Position numbers and translations under genes: made by a program
In this document: piece after piece, positions 1-35,339 of the stretch
Position numbering within the stretch: the stretch's first letter is position 1
Layout of the letters: every line of letters starts with the position of its first letter
The notes under the pieces: model-generated
Databases searched by the model: none
Seen by the model: the letters and a program-made list of their open reading frames with translations, nothing else
What the model was told of the DNA's origin: nothing
NCBI GenBank assembly: GCA_038087875.1
Contig: CM075997.1
Location: 2,358,001 to 2,422,000 of the forward strand
Length of the DNA: 64,000 nt
Reading direction: 5' to 3'
Origin: Malacoraja senta
Taxonomy: Eukaryota

Positions 1-1012
1 GATTCACCACTCTCTGTGTGAAAAGGTTTTTCCTCATCTCGGTCTTAAAGGATTTCCCCCTTATCCTTAAGCTGTGACCCCTTGTCCTGGACTTCCCCAA
101 CATCGGGAACAATCTTCCTGCATCTAGCCTGTCCAACCCCATAAGAATTTTGTACGTTTCTATAAGATCCCCTCTCAATCTCCTAAATTCTAGCGAGTGA
201 TAAGCCAAGTCTATTCAGTCTTTCTTCATATGAAAGTCCTGACATCCCAGGAATCAGTCTGGTGAACCTTCTCTGCACTCCCTCTATGGCTATAATGTCC
301 TTCCTCAGATTTGGAGACAAAACTGTACGCAATACTCCAGGTGTGGTCTCACCAAGACCCTGTACAACTGCAGTAGAACCTCCCTGCTCCTATACTCAAA
401 TCCCTATTGCTATGAAAGCCAACATACCATTCGCTTTCTTCACTGCCTGCTGCACCTGCATGCCTACTTTCAATGACTGGTGTACCATGACACCCAGGTC
501 TCGCTGCATCTCCTCATTTCCTAATCGGCCACCATTTAGATAATAGTCTGCCTTCCCGTTTTTGCCACCAAAGTGGATAACCTCACATTTATCCACATTA
601 TACTGCATCTGCCAAACATTTGCCCACTCAACCAGCCTATCCAAGTCACCTTGCAGTCTCCTAGCATCCTCCTCACAGCTAACACTGCCCCCCAGCTTAG
701 TGTCATCCGCAAACTTGGAGATGTTGCTTTCAATTCCCTCATCCAGTTCATTAATATAAATTGTAAATAGCTGGGGTCCCAGCACTGAGCCTTGCGGTAC
801 CCCACTAGTCACTGCCTGCCATTGTGAAAAGGACCCGTTTACTCCTACTCTTTGCTTCCTGTTTGCCAGCCAGTTCTCTATCCACATCATACTGAACCCC
901 CAATACCGTGTGATTTAAGTTTGTATCCTAATCTCTTATGTGGGACCTTGTCGAAAGCCTTCTGAAAGTCCAGATACAACACATCCACTGGTTCTCCCCT
1001 ATCCACTCCCCT
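1..1012 (-). mobile_element. CR1/HER1 LINE RT-region fragment (same young subfamily as 48200-52568)
   Basis: ORF 396-890 GVPQGSVLGPQLF...KFADDTKL; near-identical to 51330-52350. Confidence 0.93.
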
Positions 1013-2047
1013 ATCCCTATCCACTCTAGTAGAGTTACCACTATCCTACACACATGAGGGACAATTTTACATTTTACCAAACCAATTAACCTGCAAACCT
1101 GGATGTCTTTGGGAGTGTGGGAGAAAGCCGAAGGTCTCGGAGAAAAACCCACGCAGGTCACGGGGAGAACGTACAAACCCCCTACAGACAGGACAGGATC
1201 GAACGCGGGTCTCTGGCGCTGCGAGGCAGCAACTCTACCGCTGCGCCGCCGTGCGGCCCTTCTCAGGCTTGGTGGAACTGCGGTTCCTTTCTAGGATTTA
1301 CGGTTCGCATTATCTATTTGAAGCATTTGAACAAACAGTTTTATCAAACTGTGAGTCATCACTCCCCAATTTCTTGTTTTTTTTTATTACAGTATTTCGA
1401 GGTGAAAATTAATGCGGAAAAACATTACACAAGAGGGTGAAACCGAATCGTGGCTGGTCTTGTGCGTGGTTGAGAAAACAGGCAGAGCAGGGAATGGATC
1501 AAGTCAAGTCAAGAGAGTTTTATTGTCATGTGTCCCAGATAGGACAATGAAATTCTTGCTTGGATGGATATCAGATCAGGCATTCTGCAGGAGGGTCGAA
1601 CAGCATCTATGGGGGAGTCGTCGAGTGATACAGTGTGGAAATAGGCCCTTCGGCCCAACTTGCCATGCCATCTTGCCCATTGCCCTCTAAGCCTTAAAAT
1701 TCTTCCTCAGATCCCTCTTAACCCTTTACATGGATTGGGTGATGATTTGGGATGAGGCCTTCTTCTCTAGAGAGGCTGCACTTTGTGTATCAACCAGCAT
1801 CTGGAGTTCTTTAATTCAATGTTCATGAGATGGAGGAGCAGAGATAGGCCATTCGGCCCATCGAGTCTACACTGCCATTCAATCGTGGCTGATCTATCTT
1901 TCCCTCTCAACCCCATTCTCCTGCTCTCTCCCCATAACCTTTGACACCCGTACTAATCGAGAACCTATTGATCTCCAGTTTAAAAGTACACAAGACTTGG
2001 CCTCCACATCCGTCTGCGGCAACGAATTCACGGATTCACCATCCATG

Positions 2048-2335
2048 GGGCGGCATGGTGGCGCAGCGGTAGAGTTGCTGCCTCACAGCGGCAGAGAACC
2101 GGGTTCGATCCTGACTACGGGTGCTGTCTGTACGAGTATGTGCGTTCTCCCCATGACCTGCGTGGGTTTTCTCCGGGTGCTCCGGATTCCTCCCACACTC
2201 CAGAGGCGTACAGGTTTGCAGACTATTTGGCGTGGTATAATTATAAATTGTCCCTAGTGTGTGTGTAGTATAGTGTTAGTGTGCAGGAATCACCGATCGG
2301 TGCGAAGGCCTGTTTCCGCGCTATATCTCTTAAAC
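2048..2335 (+). mobile_element. tRNA-derived V-SINE (HE1-like), representative copy
   Basis: A-box tggcgcagcgg, B-box ggttcgatcc, V-domain tgcgtgggttttctccgggtgctccgg, tail gggcctgtttccgcgctgtatctctaaac. Many more copies, e.g. 1037-1252(-), 7625-7905(-), 10860-11150(-), 13375-13660(+), 17915-18415(+), 20060-20355(+), 24075-24381(-), 27620-27915(+), 37265-37555(-), 53960-54240(-), 54985-55257(+). Confidence 0.88.
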
Positions 2336-2344
2336 TAGTCTGCT

Positions 2345-2716
2345 TACTCACCACACCACCTCCAGGTCCCTGAGATCGGCCGACTTGGGTTACTGAACAT
2401 CCCGCGGTCCAGGCATAAGCTCAGGGGCGACCGCGCCTTTGCGGTTGCAGCTCCTAGACTGTGGAACAGCATCCCCCTTCCCATCAGAACTGCCCCTCCA
2501 TCGACTCCTTTAAGTCGAGACTTAAAACTCATCTTTATTCTCAAGCCTTTCTTGACGTCCTCTGAGGGAGGGCTATATGTATGTATTTATGTATATACTT
2601 AATCTATGAACCACTGTTGCATAACGTTAGTACCTCCACCAATGTAAAGCACTTGGTCAACGAGAGTTGTTTTTTAAATGTGCTATAGAAATAAAAGTGA
2701 CTTGACTTGACTTGAC
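2345..2716 (+). mobile_element. L2-clade LINE 3' end
   Basis: GDRAFAVAAPRLWNSIP...FKSRLKTHLYSQAF, aataaa, (GACTT)n tail; a tail fragment of the same family is at 20976-21064(-) between exons 5a and 5b. Confidence 0.8.
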
Positions 2717-2985
2717 TAAACAAACTCAGTTTAGAATGCCTATGCTACTTCTGCTGTAATTTAACAATACAAATACGTATGTATGTACTTTGGACATCTG
2801 AATGTGATATTATGGGACTTGTTTGTACGTAGGGTGTCTTAAAGTCTGGGGTTGTATCCCGGGTACAGCATGCATTGTATCTAAGATAGACGCAAAAAGC
2901 TGGAGTAACTCAGCGGGACAGGCAGCATCTCTGGAGAGAAGGAATGGGTGATGTTTTGGGTCGAAACCTTTCTTCAGACCTATAA

Positions 2986-3330
2986 GTGGGGGGAGGTGTC
3001 TGAGAGTTGTCGCCTGGCCTCAGGCCTGTCGAGGTCAGCGCGCCAGACTACCACGGCACCTCCATTGTTGGCAGGTTTGATTATAATGTCAGGCTTGCTC
3101 CAGAGTGAGCAGAGAGCTGTACGTTCAGAAGGGGTGAGGTTAGAGTAGTGAAGGGGAGTGGAAAAGGTGAGATGGTGATGTCATGCCGGCAGCTAGAAAT
3201 AACGAGGTCTAGAGAGGGTAGAAGGCCGTTGGGGGAGTCCAAGAGGAGGGGGACCTGTGGAGACGGGAGAAGGGGTCATAACTGGGTGGTGCGGATTTCT
3301 TCCCATTGAAAAAGGCCGGAGGCGACGGAT
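2986..3330 (-). mobile_element. Penelope-like element fragment (N-terminal part of RT)
   Basis: Minus-strand NLTPSERTALCSLWSKPDIIIKPANNGGAVVVWRADL..EARRQLSD, resembling the PLE IIKPADKGGAVVV motif. Confidence 0.8.
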
Positions 3331-3584
3331 GTGGGTTCTCGACCCGAAACGTCACCCATTCCTTCTCTCCAGAGAGGCTGCCTGTCCCGTTGAGTTACTC
3401 CAGGTTTTTGTGTCTATCTTCGGTTTAAGCCAGCATCTGCAGTTCCTTCCGACACATTTCGCCTGCACAGTACCTATTCTAAAGCTCCCAATTCTCCATT
3501 TTACAGACTGGCGGAGACCCCCGTGGAAGAACAGGCCCGCCAGCGTGTCGAGTTGCACGTCGAAGTAAACCACTCACAGGAGCC

Positions 3585-26054
<22,470 letters not shown>

Positions 26055-28670
26055 AGGGAAACAGGAGCCTCAGCTACCCTGGCATATCGCCAGATTCATC
26101 CATCATCCATTACAGCATCTACAGGGTGCAGGACGGGCAAGTCCCTCTGCTCTGATGGGAAACTGCAAGGTTTAATATATCGCTGTACATTATAATTTAT
26201 TTTATCATTTCTCAGTGTAGCAAAATGTTCCAGTTGTGGAAAGTGTATTTTTTTAAGTGTGGATTTGTATTATTGCCTGTTCAAAGAGTAAATTGTGTAT
26301 TTAGTTTTTTAATCTTTGTACCTTTTTCTGTTTGAGTCTTACTACGTAATCTTCTGATAAAAGTGTGTGCGTGCATAACCAAATGGAAATTGTGCTCTCT
26401 TGTTTGTGTGCAGTTGAATCTTGATAAACACAAGCCAGGTCCAGTGTCCCCCACCCTCCCCCCCCCTTACTACAGGGCTGTAAGACTTTGCTGCGTATAA
26501 TCTATTGACCAAATACGTCACAAGCAAGATCTGTCTTTGATCACATCTCGAGCAAACGGTCTCGGTGACAGGTAACCTCCACTGCAATGTGATGGAAGAC
26601 AACCCGTAAAAAAAAAAAAGCACATAGCATGGTAATGTTTTTACAGCACAGAGTGAGGCCGTTCATCCCATCGGGTCCATGCTAGTTCCTTGATGCCTGA
26701 GTTTGATGGCTGCCCAACACAGCACTGTTGCTGCAGTATATTCTCCCCGTTAAACCTTACATAAACATGGCAATTGGGGAAGGGCATTCTAAACACAATT
26801 CCCTGCCTGAAGAAGGGTTTCGGCCCGGAACGTTGCCTATTTCCTTCGCTCCATAGATGCTGCTGCACCCGCTGAGTTTCTCCAGCATTTTTGTGTACCT
26901 TCCCTGTTTAATGTCATGGATTGGGAATCGGGACAGTCTCTTGGCATTCCCACGTTTGGACCGGTGTGCGTGTTTTTTCAGGATTCAACCGCAGAGCTTA
27001 AATGTAACAGAGATATTTCCCCAAATGCCTGCCTTTTGACCGGGTCGGGCTTCAATGCCTATTTGTGTTCTTCAGAGCAAATCGGAGGGAGACCCTCAAG
27101 ACCTTTTTTTTTTTAATGCAGTTTGTATCCCGTAAAACACGGAAAGGAAGACTTAAGACATTCCGGCCAAATTCTCGGCAAAGTTGGGAGTGAAAAAGGG
27201 GTGATTGGAAAGACTGGGGCGGATGGGCCGAGCTATGAAACTGTATACCGGCCCATCCACCACACACCACACCCTCTCCTCTCAAAAACACACACACATT
27301 CCTTTACTACCCTGCCCCTAGTTCCACTGAAGCTTGGCATTCCCGGACATCGTTGCCACCTCTTCCTGGTGGTCATCCCTAAAGATCCAATGCGGAATTT
27401 TGCCATTGGCATCCCAGAGATGTAGGAGCTAGCCTCGGCTCCCTGCCTTGTGGAAAATTCTCTTCCTTCCTCATCTTCTCTCTCCCTAGTGGAATACTGG
27501 TCCAGGTGTCGTGGAACCACATGTCTATTGAGGTGTAACATTCCAGAAGAAATCAATACTCCCCCTTTAAGAAATATTTCCACTATCCAAATCTCTCTGA
27601 GAATAGTTAAGAACACTGCCAGAGTGGCGCAGCGGGAATAGCTGCTGCCTCACCGCGCCAGAGACACGAGTTCGATCCTGACCTCGGACGCTGTCTGTGT
27701 CTGTGTGGAGTTTTCCCGTTCTCCCTGTGACCGCGTGGGTTTCCCCCGGGTGTTCCGGTCTCCCCCCGCAACCCAGGTTTGTCGGTTAATGAGCCTTCTG
27801 TCAATTGCCCCCCTGGTGTGTAGGGAGTGGATGAGAAAGTGGGATAACATGGATCTAGTGTGAACGGGTGATCGATGGTCAGCATGGACTTATGGGCCGA
27901 AGGGCCTGTTTCTGGGCCGTGCCCTCGTATCAATTCAATCAATCTATCAGAACACTGAACTAATAGATAAAAGGTGATGGGTGTATAGGTCATAAGGTCG
28001 TAAGTGACAGGAGCAGAATTAGGCCATTCGGCCCCTCAAGTCTGCTCTGCCATTCAACCATGACTGATCTATCTCTCCCTCCTAACCCTAACCCCACTCT
28101 CCTGCCTTCTCCCCATAACCCCTTATTCCTGTACTAATCAGGAATCTATCCAAAAATATCCACAGACTTTGGCCACCACAGCCTTCCATGGGAAAAATTC
28201 CGCAGGTTCACCACCGTCCAAAGAAATTCCTCCCCATCTCCTTGAATGTCCTTTAATTCTGAGGCCGTGACCTCTAGTCCTAGACTCTCCCACTAGCGGA
28301 AACAACCTCTCCACATCCACATAGGAGGCCTTACTCATCAGATAACCCTGTCAAACCCCGACCCACCTCCATACAATGGGATGGAACCTTTGGGAGATGA
28401 CGGTGGGTCTTTCGTGAGAGAAGGGAGTCTCTGACACCCAGAGAGTTGTGAATCTGTGGAATTCTCTGCCACAGAAGCCAATGGAGGCCAATTCACTGGA
28501 ATGTATTCAAGAGAGAGTTAGATATGGCTCTTAGGGCTAACGGAATCAAGGGATGATGGGGACAAAGCAGGAACGGGGTACTGATTATAAATGATCAGCG
28601 ATGATCATATTGAATGGCGGTGCTGGCTCGAAGGGATGGGATGCACCTATTTTCTATGTTTCTTACACAA

Positions 28671-29218
28671 GGAGAGGGATGCTGCCTCTTTCAGTGCTTG
28701 TTGGGTGGTGGGCTCATTGTTGCTGACTGTGGTCACCTGGCAGTTTCCGCGGGGATGGAAGTCCGCTCTGTGAACCCATCAGGTCCTGAGCCCCGGCCCA
28801 CTCACACAGGACCCCCCGGCCGGGCCTGGCCCGGGATCTGCATGCGACCGGTGTGAGCATGTAACTGGCTTTACTTGTTCCTCCCGCCCCCTCCCCCTTC
28901 CCTCAGCCCAAGCTTGGAGGTCCGCTCTTCCTCCCCCCGCCAGCGGAGACCGCGCATTTGTAGACGGTGCATGTCGGTGTTTGCCCCTCTCTGCTGCCCG
29001 CAAACCCAGAGCCACGCCACCTCCTTCAATGCCTGCCCTCCCTCAGTCGTGAGCTGTAGCCCTGACGACTTACACTGAGCCCTTGAAGCTAACCCAAACT
29101 TAGAGGGAGTTTGCCCATAGAATCCCCCCCCCCCTCATACCGATGATTCTCTCTCCATTTTGTTTCTAATAGTTGGTTATCTTTTCCCCACCTCCTGTTG
29201 TGGCTCACTCTCTCCTGT
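28671..29218 (+). repeat. Inverted duplicated block, copy 1 (partner 59269-59870)
   Basis: First 220 nt differ at about 10 positions from the reverse complement of the partner; the remainder aligns with indels. Confidence 0.92.
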
Positions 29219-29382
29219 GTGGTTGTGCCCGGAACCCTCGGATTCACCGTGTGTTTGTGCCCCGGAACCCTCGTCTTCACAGTCTGGTTGTGCCCGGAAC
29301 CCTCGGATTCACCGTGTGTTTGTGCCCCTGAACCCTCGGATTCACCGTGCGGTTGTGCCCCTGAACCCTCGGATTCACCGTG
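29217..29382. repeat. Minisatellite, 5 copies of a 32-33 bp unit gtgtggttgtgcccggaaccctcggattcacc
   Basis: Direct tandem copies with no spacers. Confidence 0.92.
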
Positions 29383-30751
29383 CAAACGACCGACTCCCAT
29401 TTTATTTGATGATTGATTCCCTTTCCATCGTTTCTGTCGGGCCTCACTGGCTCACTCTTTCATAAGTAATCGGAGCAGAATTAGGCCATTCGGCCCATCA
29501 AGTCTGCTCCGCCATTCAATCATGGCCGATCAATCTTTCCCTCTCAACCCCCATTCTCCTGCCTTCACCCCATAACCCCTGACACCCGTACTAATCCTGC
29601 CCTGTTTAGTTATACTCTGAACCTCAGGGTTAACGGTGGGATCAGTTCTAATACCTTCCCAGGGAACTCCAGCAGAGGGCTCATTCATAGCCTAAAATTG
29701 TTGTCCCAAGATCACAATACACCATGTAAACCTTTATTCCATGTGTTAGCTTATTGTTATCAAAATGACCAACTCAATTTGGCTCGGAGTCGTATTATCA
29801 AGGACCTGCAGAGGCAGTATAGGGGTTCTAAATGTAGGTGGGAACTGCAGATGCTGGTTTACACTGAAGATAGATACAAAATGCTGGAGTAACTCAGCGG
29901 GACAGGCAGCATCTCTGGACAGAAGGAATGGGTGACGTTTCGGGTCGAGACCCTTCTTCAGACTGAGGGTCATATCTCGTTTCCCTCTCCCCTGACTCTC
30001 TGTCCGAAGAAGGGTCTCGACCCGAAACGTCACCCATTCCTTCTGTCCAGAGATGCTGCGTTACTCCAGCTTTTTGTGTCTCTACTAGGCTTACATATCG
30101 TCACTGTACTTATCACAAAGGAGTGCACACCTAAAACAAATAAGGGAAAGGTTGGCAGATATAAACCAGTGGGTTTTCAAATGAGAAAGTACATGTTGAA
30201 GTTGGCCATTCCTAAAGTCTATTTCCATCAGATTTGGTTTTCAATGGGCTTCAATCTCAATGACAGCTGCTGCCATCTGCAGTTATCTCAGTGTTACTGC
30301 AGTGGCAGATCAAAAAAATGAGCAAAAATGGAGTAACTCAAAGAGGCAAGAGAGAGAAAAGGGTGTTTGATACCGACAAGGAACAATGAAATCCAACAGC
30401 TGTGTTAACATAGTACTCTGAATTCTTCAGTAGGCAGCATAGTAACAACAAAAGGAAGTTCGATATATTAAAAAAAGAATATCGTGCAAAGACAAGAATA
30501 ATGGCCTCCAAGTCCCTAGTGGGATCGAGGCCGTTTGCAGTTTAATTGGAGTTTGTAGGGGTTCAATAGCCTGATGGTCATTGGGAAGAAGCTGCTCCTG
30601 TACCTGGATGTTACAGATTTCAAGCTCCTGTACCTTCTGCAGGGTCTCAGAGGGTCAGGCAGCATCCCCGGAGAACATGGATGGGTGACGTTTCGTGCCG
30701 GGACACTTCTTCAGACTAAGTGCAACATTAGTGCTGACTCGAAACGTCACT

Positions 30752-31545
30752 TCAAGAGAGTCAAGAGTGTTTTATTGTCATGTGTCCCAGATAGAACAAT
30801 GAAATTCTTACTTGCAGCAGCACAAGAGAATATGTAAACATAGTACACTGTAAACTATATAATAAACGAGAGAGAAAAAAAAGTTCAGTGTGTGCATAAA
30901 TATACACATACTCACAAATACACATATATATATACATAGATCATATAAGGTAGACGCTAAATGCTGGACTGTCTGAAGAAGGGTCGACCCGAAACGTCAC
31001 CCATTCCTTCTCTCCAGAGATGCTGCCTCACCCGCTGAGTTACTCCAGCATTTTGCGTCTACCTTCGATTTAAACTAGCATCTGCAGTTCTTTCTTACAC
31101 TTCTTACATATATAGATCATATATATATATATACACGCAAACATACATACATATAGATCACATATATATATATATATATATACATGCACATACATACATA
31201 TAGATCATATATATATACACGCAAACATACATACATATAGATCATATATATATATATATATATATACACGCACACATACATACATATAGATCATATATAT
31301 ATATATATACACGCACACATACATACATACAAAAATCAAACAATAACAGTGCAATAATAACATTAATAGCCTATGTAGTTCGGAGCTTACTTGGAGGTTG
31401 TAGTGTTTAATAGCCGAATGGCTGCAGGGAAGAAGCTGTTCCTGAACCTGGACTTAACAGTTTTCAGGCTCCTGTACCTTCTTCCCGATGGCAGGGGTGA
31501 AATGAGTGTGTGGCCAGGGTGGTGTGGGTCTCTGATTATGCTGGC
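30752..31545 (-). mobile_element. Rex1/Babar-like LINE 3' end with internal insertions
   Basis: HPGHTLISPLPSGRRYRSLKTVKSRFRNSFFPAAIRLLN peptide and (CTTGA)-type tail; related pieces at 15520-15643(-) and 61285-61545(+). Confidence 0.7.
31106..31330. repeat. Compound tandem repeat acatatagatca(ta)n cacgca..catacat
   Basis: Five variable-length units. Confidence 0.9.
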
Positions 31546-32435
31546 TGGGTCCCGAGTCAAAATGTCACCTATCCACGTTCTCCAGGGATGCTGCCTGCCC
31601 CGCGGACTTACTCCAGCACTTTGTGCCTTTCCTCGGTAAACCAGCACCTGCAGTTCCTCGTTTATTTCTGCATTAACATTGGGGATACAAGAACGGGATG
31701 AGTGATGGGCAAAACAAATTGATAGCTACGTCTGACTCCTTCCTCAAGTTTAGTCCCGTAACATTTTATACTAAAATGGTGTGAGGTATTTGTCTTGGTT
31801 ATATGTCAGTTAAGTAACCAGCATAATTGTTTCTATAATTTATAAAGCACAGTTGAAATGCCAATATTATCTTGCTTCAACCTGACATGAATGTTCTGGT
31901 TTGAACTTGTTTATAACATGTTATAATACCGATGGTTAAATATGAAGTGATGCATGCCTTACACTTTGTATCAGGAAAAGGCGACAACATTTTGATGTTG
32001 ATGAGCAACCTCACGAGGGGGAAATTAAACTGAGTTTGTGTCTCCAAAATTAAACTTAGTTTGTTGACATCTTTACTCTGATACCTGACTTGTGTCTCCC
32101 TCTGAGTACTGCGAGTGTTTCTGAAATGTTCCTTGGTTTCAAGAGAGAGCAATCTGCATTCTCCAGCCTCACGTTGAACTGGCATTGCGTCTGAAGAAGG
32201 GTCCCCACCTGAAATGTCACCGATCCATGTTCTCCAGAGAGAGGCCACTGAGTTTAGTTTTTTCGTTTAGTTTATGTAGGATCTTCAAGTGTTTCAGTAT
32301 TTTCTATTTCTTTAATTTTAGATTTTAGTTTTTCCAATCTAAGATGTTTATTTTAAAAAGTCTTTATGAAGATCACACATGATTGGAAGGCCCTTGATCA
32401 AAGTGGGATTATTTCTAACAAAGTGCTTCATTCAG

Positions 32436-32577
32436 CTCATCTTCTTCTTGTGTATGGCGGGCACAGCCTAAAGTTGCAGGACAACTTGTTCTATTTGATC
32501 TTATTTGATTGTGCACGCCAGGTTGATTGCATTCGTCGAAACAGGGCGGACCACGTGAAGCTTGCAATTCACACCCC
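32436..32577 (-). mobile_element. About 140-bp short retroposon with (AAG)n tail, copy 1
   Basis: Flanked by cttcattcag duplication; reverse complement of 36074-36216. Confidence 0.7.
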
Positions 32578-32621
32578 CTTCATTCAGTTAAATGATATGG
32601 ACTATTCGAGTCATATACTCA

Positions 32622-32849
32622 AGGGCCTGTCCCACTTTCACGACCAAATTCACGACCTTTTTTACTCGTGGACATTTTTCATCAGGCTAGAAAAACGCCC
32701 CAACCTACTTGTACCTACGACTAGCATCACGGCCTGCCTACAACCTACCTACGACCTCCTACAACCTCGTGACGACCAAGCTGCGAGAATGAGTCAAGGG
32801 CAAACTCGGCAGAGGTTGTGAATTAGGTCGTGTAAGTAGAACAGGCCCT
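32622..32849. mobile_element. PIF/Harbinger-type MITE
   Basis: TIRs with 3-bp TSD TCA/TCA. Confidence 0.8.
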
Positions 32850-33961
32850 TCATACAGCAGCAGAGTTGTCCTGACCCATCGACCTTGTTGGAGACCTTGG
32901 AACTATCTTTAATCAGACTTTATCTTGCAGTAAACGTTATACCTCTGATCACGTCTATCTGTGGACAGCTTGATTGTAATCATGTATAGACCTTCCCTGA
33001 CAGGATAGCACGCAACAAACAACTTTTCACTGTACCTCAGTACAGGTGACGATATTAAACTAAACTAAACTAAATGCAGTAACAGGTTCCACCTGTCCAT
33101 GTGGCCAAGATCCCAATCTAAGCTAGTCCCATTTGTCCACATTTGGTCCGTATCCATACATGAATGGTTTCCTATCGATGTACCTGCCCAAGTGTCATTT
33201 AAATGTTGTTATCATACGTGCCTGAACTATCTCCTCTGGCAGGTAGACAAAAACTCAGCGGGTGGGGCAGCATCTATGGAATGAAGGAATAGGCTACATT
33301 TCAGGTCGAGACCCTTCTTCAGACTGATGTGGGGTTGGGGGGGGGAGAAGAAAAGAAGCAGAGACAGTGGGCTGTGGGAGAGCTGGGGAAGGGAAGGGGA
33401 AAGAGGGAGAAAGCAGGGACTACCTGAAATTGGAGAAGTCAATATTCATACCGCTGGGGTGTAAACAATTTTTCAATTTTTCCAGCATCTGCAGTTCTTT
33501 CTTAAACATACCTCCTCTGGCAGCTCATTCCATATACCCACCACCCTCTGAGTGAAAAGCTGCCCTATTGAATCTTTCTCCTCAAGCTTTTAAACCTATG
33601 TCCTCTTGACCTTAATTGCCCTACTCTAGTTAAAAGACTTGATGCATTCACCCTGCCGATTCCCCTCGTGATTTTCTACCCCTCTATAAGATCACCCCTC
33701 AGCCTCCTGTGCTCCAAGGAATAGAGTCCATAACCTGCCCAACCTCTCCCTGTAGCTCAGGCCCTCGACTCCTGATCAGCAAAAAAAATCAGTCCCAATC
33801 TATTTACTTTTTCCTTATCCTAATGCAAACCTAATGTTAATGGTTAACATGATGGAGGAACTTTGCTTGAATCTTTGTTTAATTAGTTTAGAGATACACC
33901 ATTGAAACAGTCCATTCGGCCCACCAAGTCCATGCAGACCAGCGATCACCCTGTACATTAC

Positions 33962-34466
33962 TTATTTACTTACTGCCTATTCAGCCTCCTGGCATGTAGG
34001 GCAGCAATGAATGTCCTCCACTCCTGTCTGCTCTGGGCTCGCTTCTGGACACTACCCCAGGTCAGGTCCATTGTTTTCATTTCCTCCTCTACAGTTCCTC
34101 CTCTACGCCAGGTGGTTTTGGCTCTCCCTCTTTTCCTTTCCCTTCCGGTGTCCAGTGCAGGGCTATTCTTGGGATGCTGTCTGGTACATTCATCCTAGCA
34201 TCTGTCGATAGCCCTGGAAGTCCATCACGCCCAGTAGTGTTGATTCCTTCACTTGCTGTTTCCGTAACATATTTGTTTTACGAGACAGGGTTGTTAGCCC
34301 TGTGCTCAACCTCCAACCTGGAGGACCAGTGGATCGCTCTTCGTCTCGCCTCTACCCTTCGACCTGTCCAGCATGGGAGACCCTAACAGGAGACGAATCT
34401 CCCGCTGGCAAAGCTCTAGGGGTCACTGAGACACACAAGCTCCCCTGACCACGACAAGGTTGCAAT
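33962..34466 (-). mobile_element. Internally deleted (bipartite) non-autonomous RTE element
   Basis: RTE-like 5' end ggattgcaaccttgtcgtggtcagggg fused to 3' ORF remnant IPRIALHWTPEG..KRGRAKTTWRR / WGSVQKRAQSRQEWRTFIAALHA and (TAAG)n tail; flanking duplication cctgtacattac. Confidence 0.75.
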
Positions 34467-35034
34467 CCTGTACATTACACTAGGGACAGTTTGCAGAAGC
34501 CAATTTACTTACAAAACTGCGTGTCTTTGGAGTGTGGGAGGAAACCGGAGCACCTGGAGAAAACCCACACGGTCACAGGGAGAACGTGCAAACACCATAC
34601 AAACAACAGCCGGGTCAGGATCGAACCCGGGTCTCTGGCGCTGGAAGGCAGAAACTCCACCGTTGGACCACTCTGCCTGTTTCTGACTTAAAAAGATGAA
34701 AGATAGAAGGAGGTAATTCCAGTTTAAGATACTCAGACACCTCTCAAACCCACTCAGATATTTGTTTTAATTCGCTCTGTTTGCTAAATTCCCATTTCAT
34801 TTACACGATATATGTTCCTCAAACACCCAGATCTGGGCCACGTTTATGAGACCTATTTTCCCCAATTGTTATCGCTGTAACTTTATCACATTCATTACAA
34901 GTTTGGAGACAGACACAAAATGCTGGAGTAACTCAACGGGTCAGGCAGCCAACTCTTCAAATCCTTCTTCGGGTCCCGACCCGCAACATCACCTATCCCT
35001 TTTCTCCAGAGATGCCGCCTGGCCCGCTGAGTTA

Positions 35035-35339
35035 AGGGGCTGTCCCACTGTACGAGCTAATTCAAGAGTTCTCCCGAGTTTCCCCTGATTCGAACTCGGA
35101 GAATTACGGTAATGGCCGCTCGTCGGTACTCAGGGCTCTCGTGGACATTTTTCAACATGTTGAAAATCTTCACGAGTCTTCACGAGCTTACCGCGTTTCC
35201 CGAGTACCTGCCGTTAGCGTTACGAGCCGCTAAGAGACGTCCCGAGCTCTGACGTACCCACTACGTGCTTACCACGAGTTTGATTTTTTTTTAAACTCGG
35301 GAGAGCTCTTGAATTACCTCGTACAGTGGGACAGCCCCT
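35035..35339. mobile_element. PIF/Harbinger-type MITE inserted in a Penelope-derived repeat
   Basis: TIR AGGGGCTGTCCCACTGTACGAG; splits the conserved ctgagTTActccagca motif with a TTA duplication. Confidence 0.85.

Noticed and set aside
2048..2125. tRNA genes
   Set aside because: The A/B-box segments are SINE heads followed by the V-domain and tail; I saw no stand-alone tRNA.
1..3506. SNAP25 promoter, non-coding exon 1 or REST/RE1 site
   Set aside because: The region is almost entirely transposon fragments and I saw no RE1 consensus; exon 1 probably lies upstream of the window.
27460..27531. Strong pyrimidine tract plus AG at about 27489 as an alternative SNAP25 last exon (WNTGPGVVEPHVY*)
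   Set aside because: No similarity to a SNARE C-terminus, no counterpart seen in copy B and no other support.
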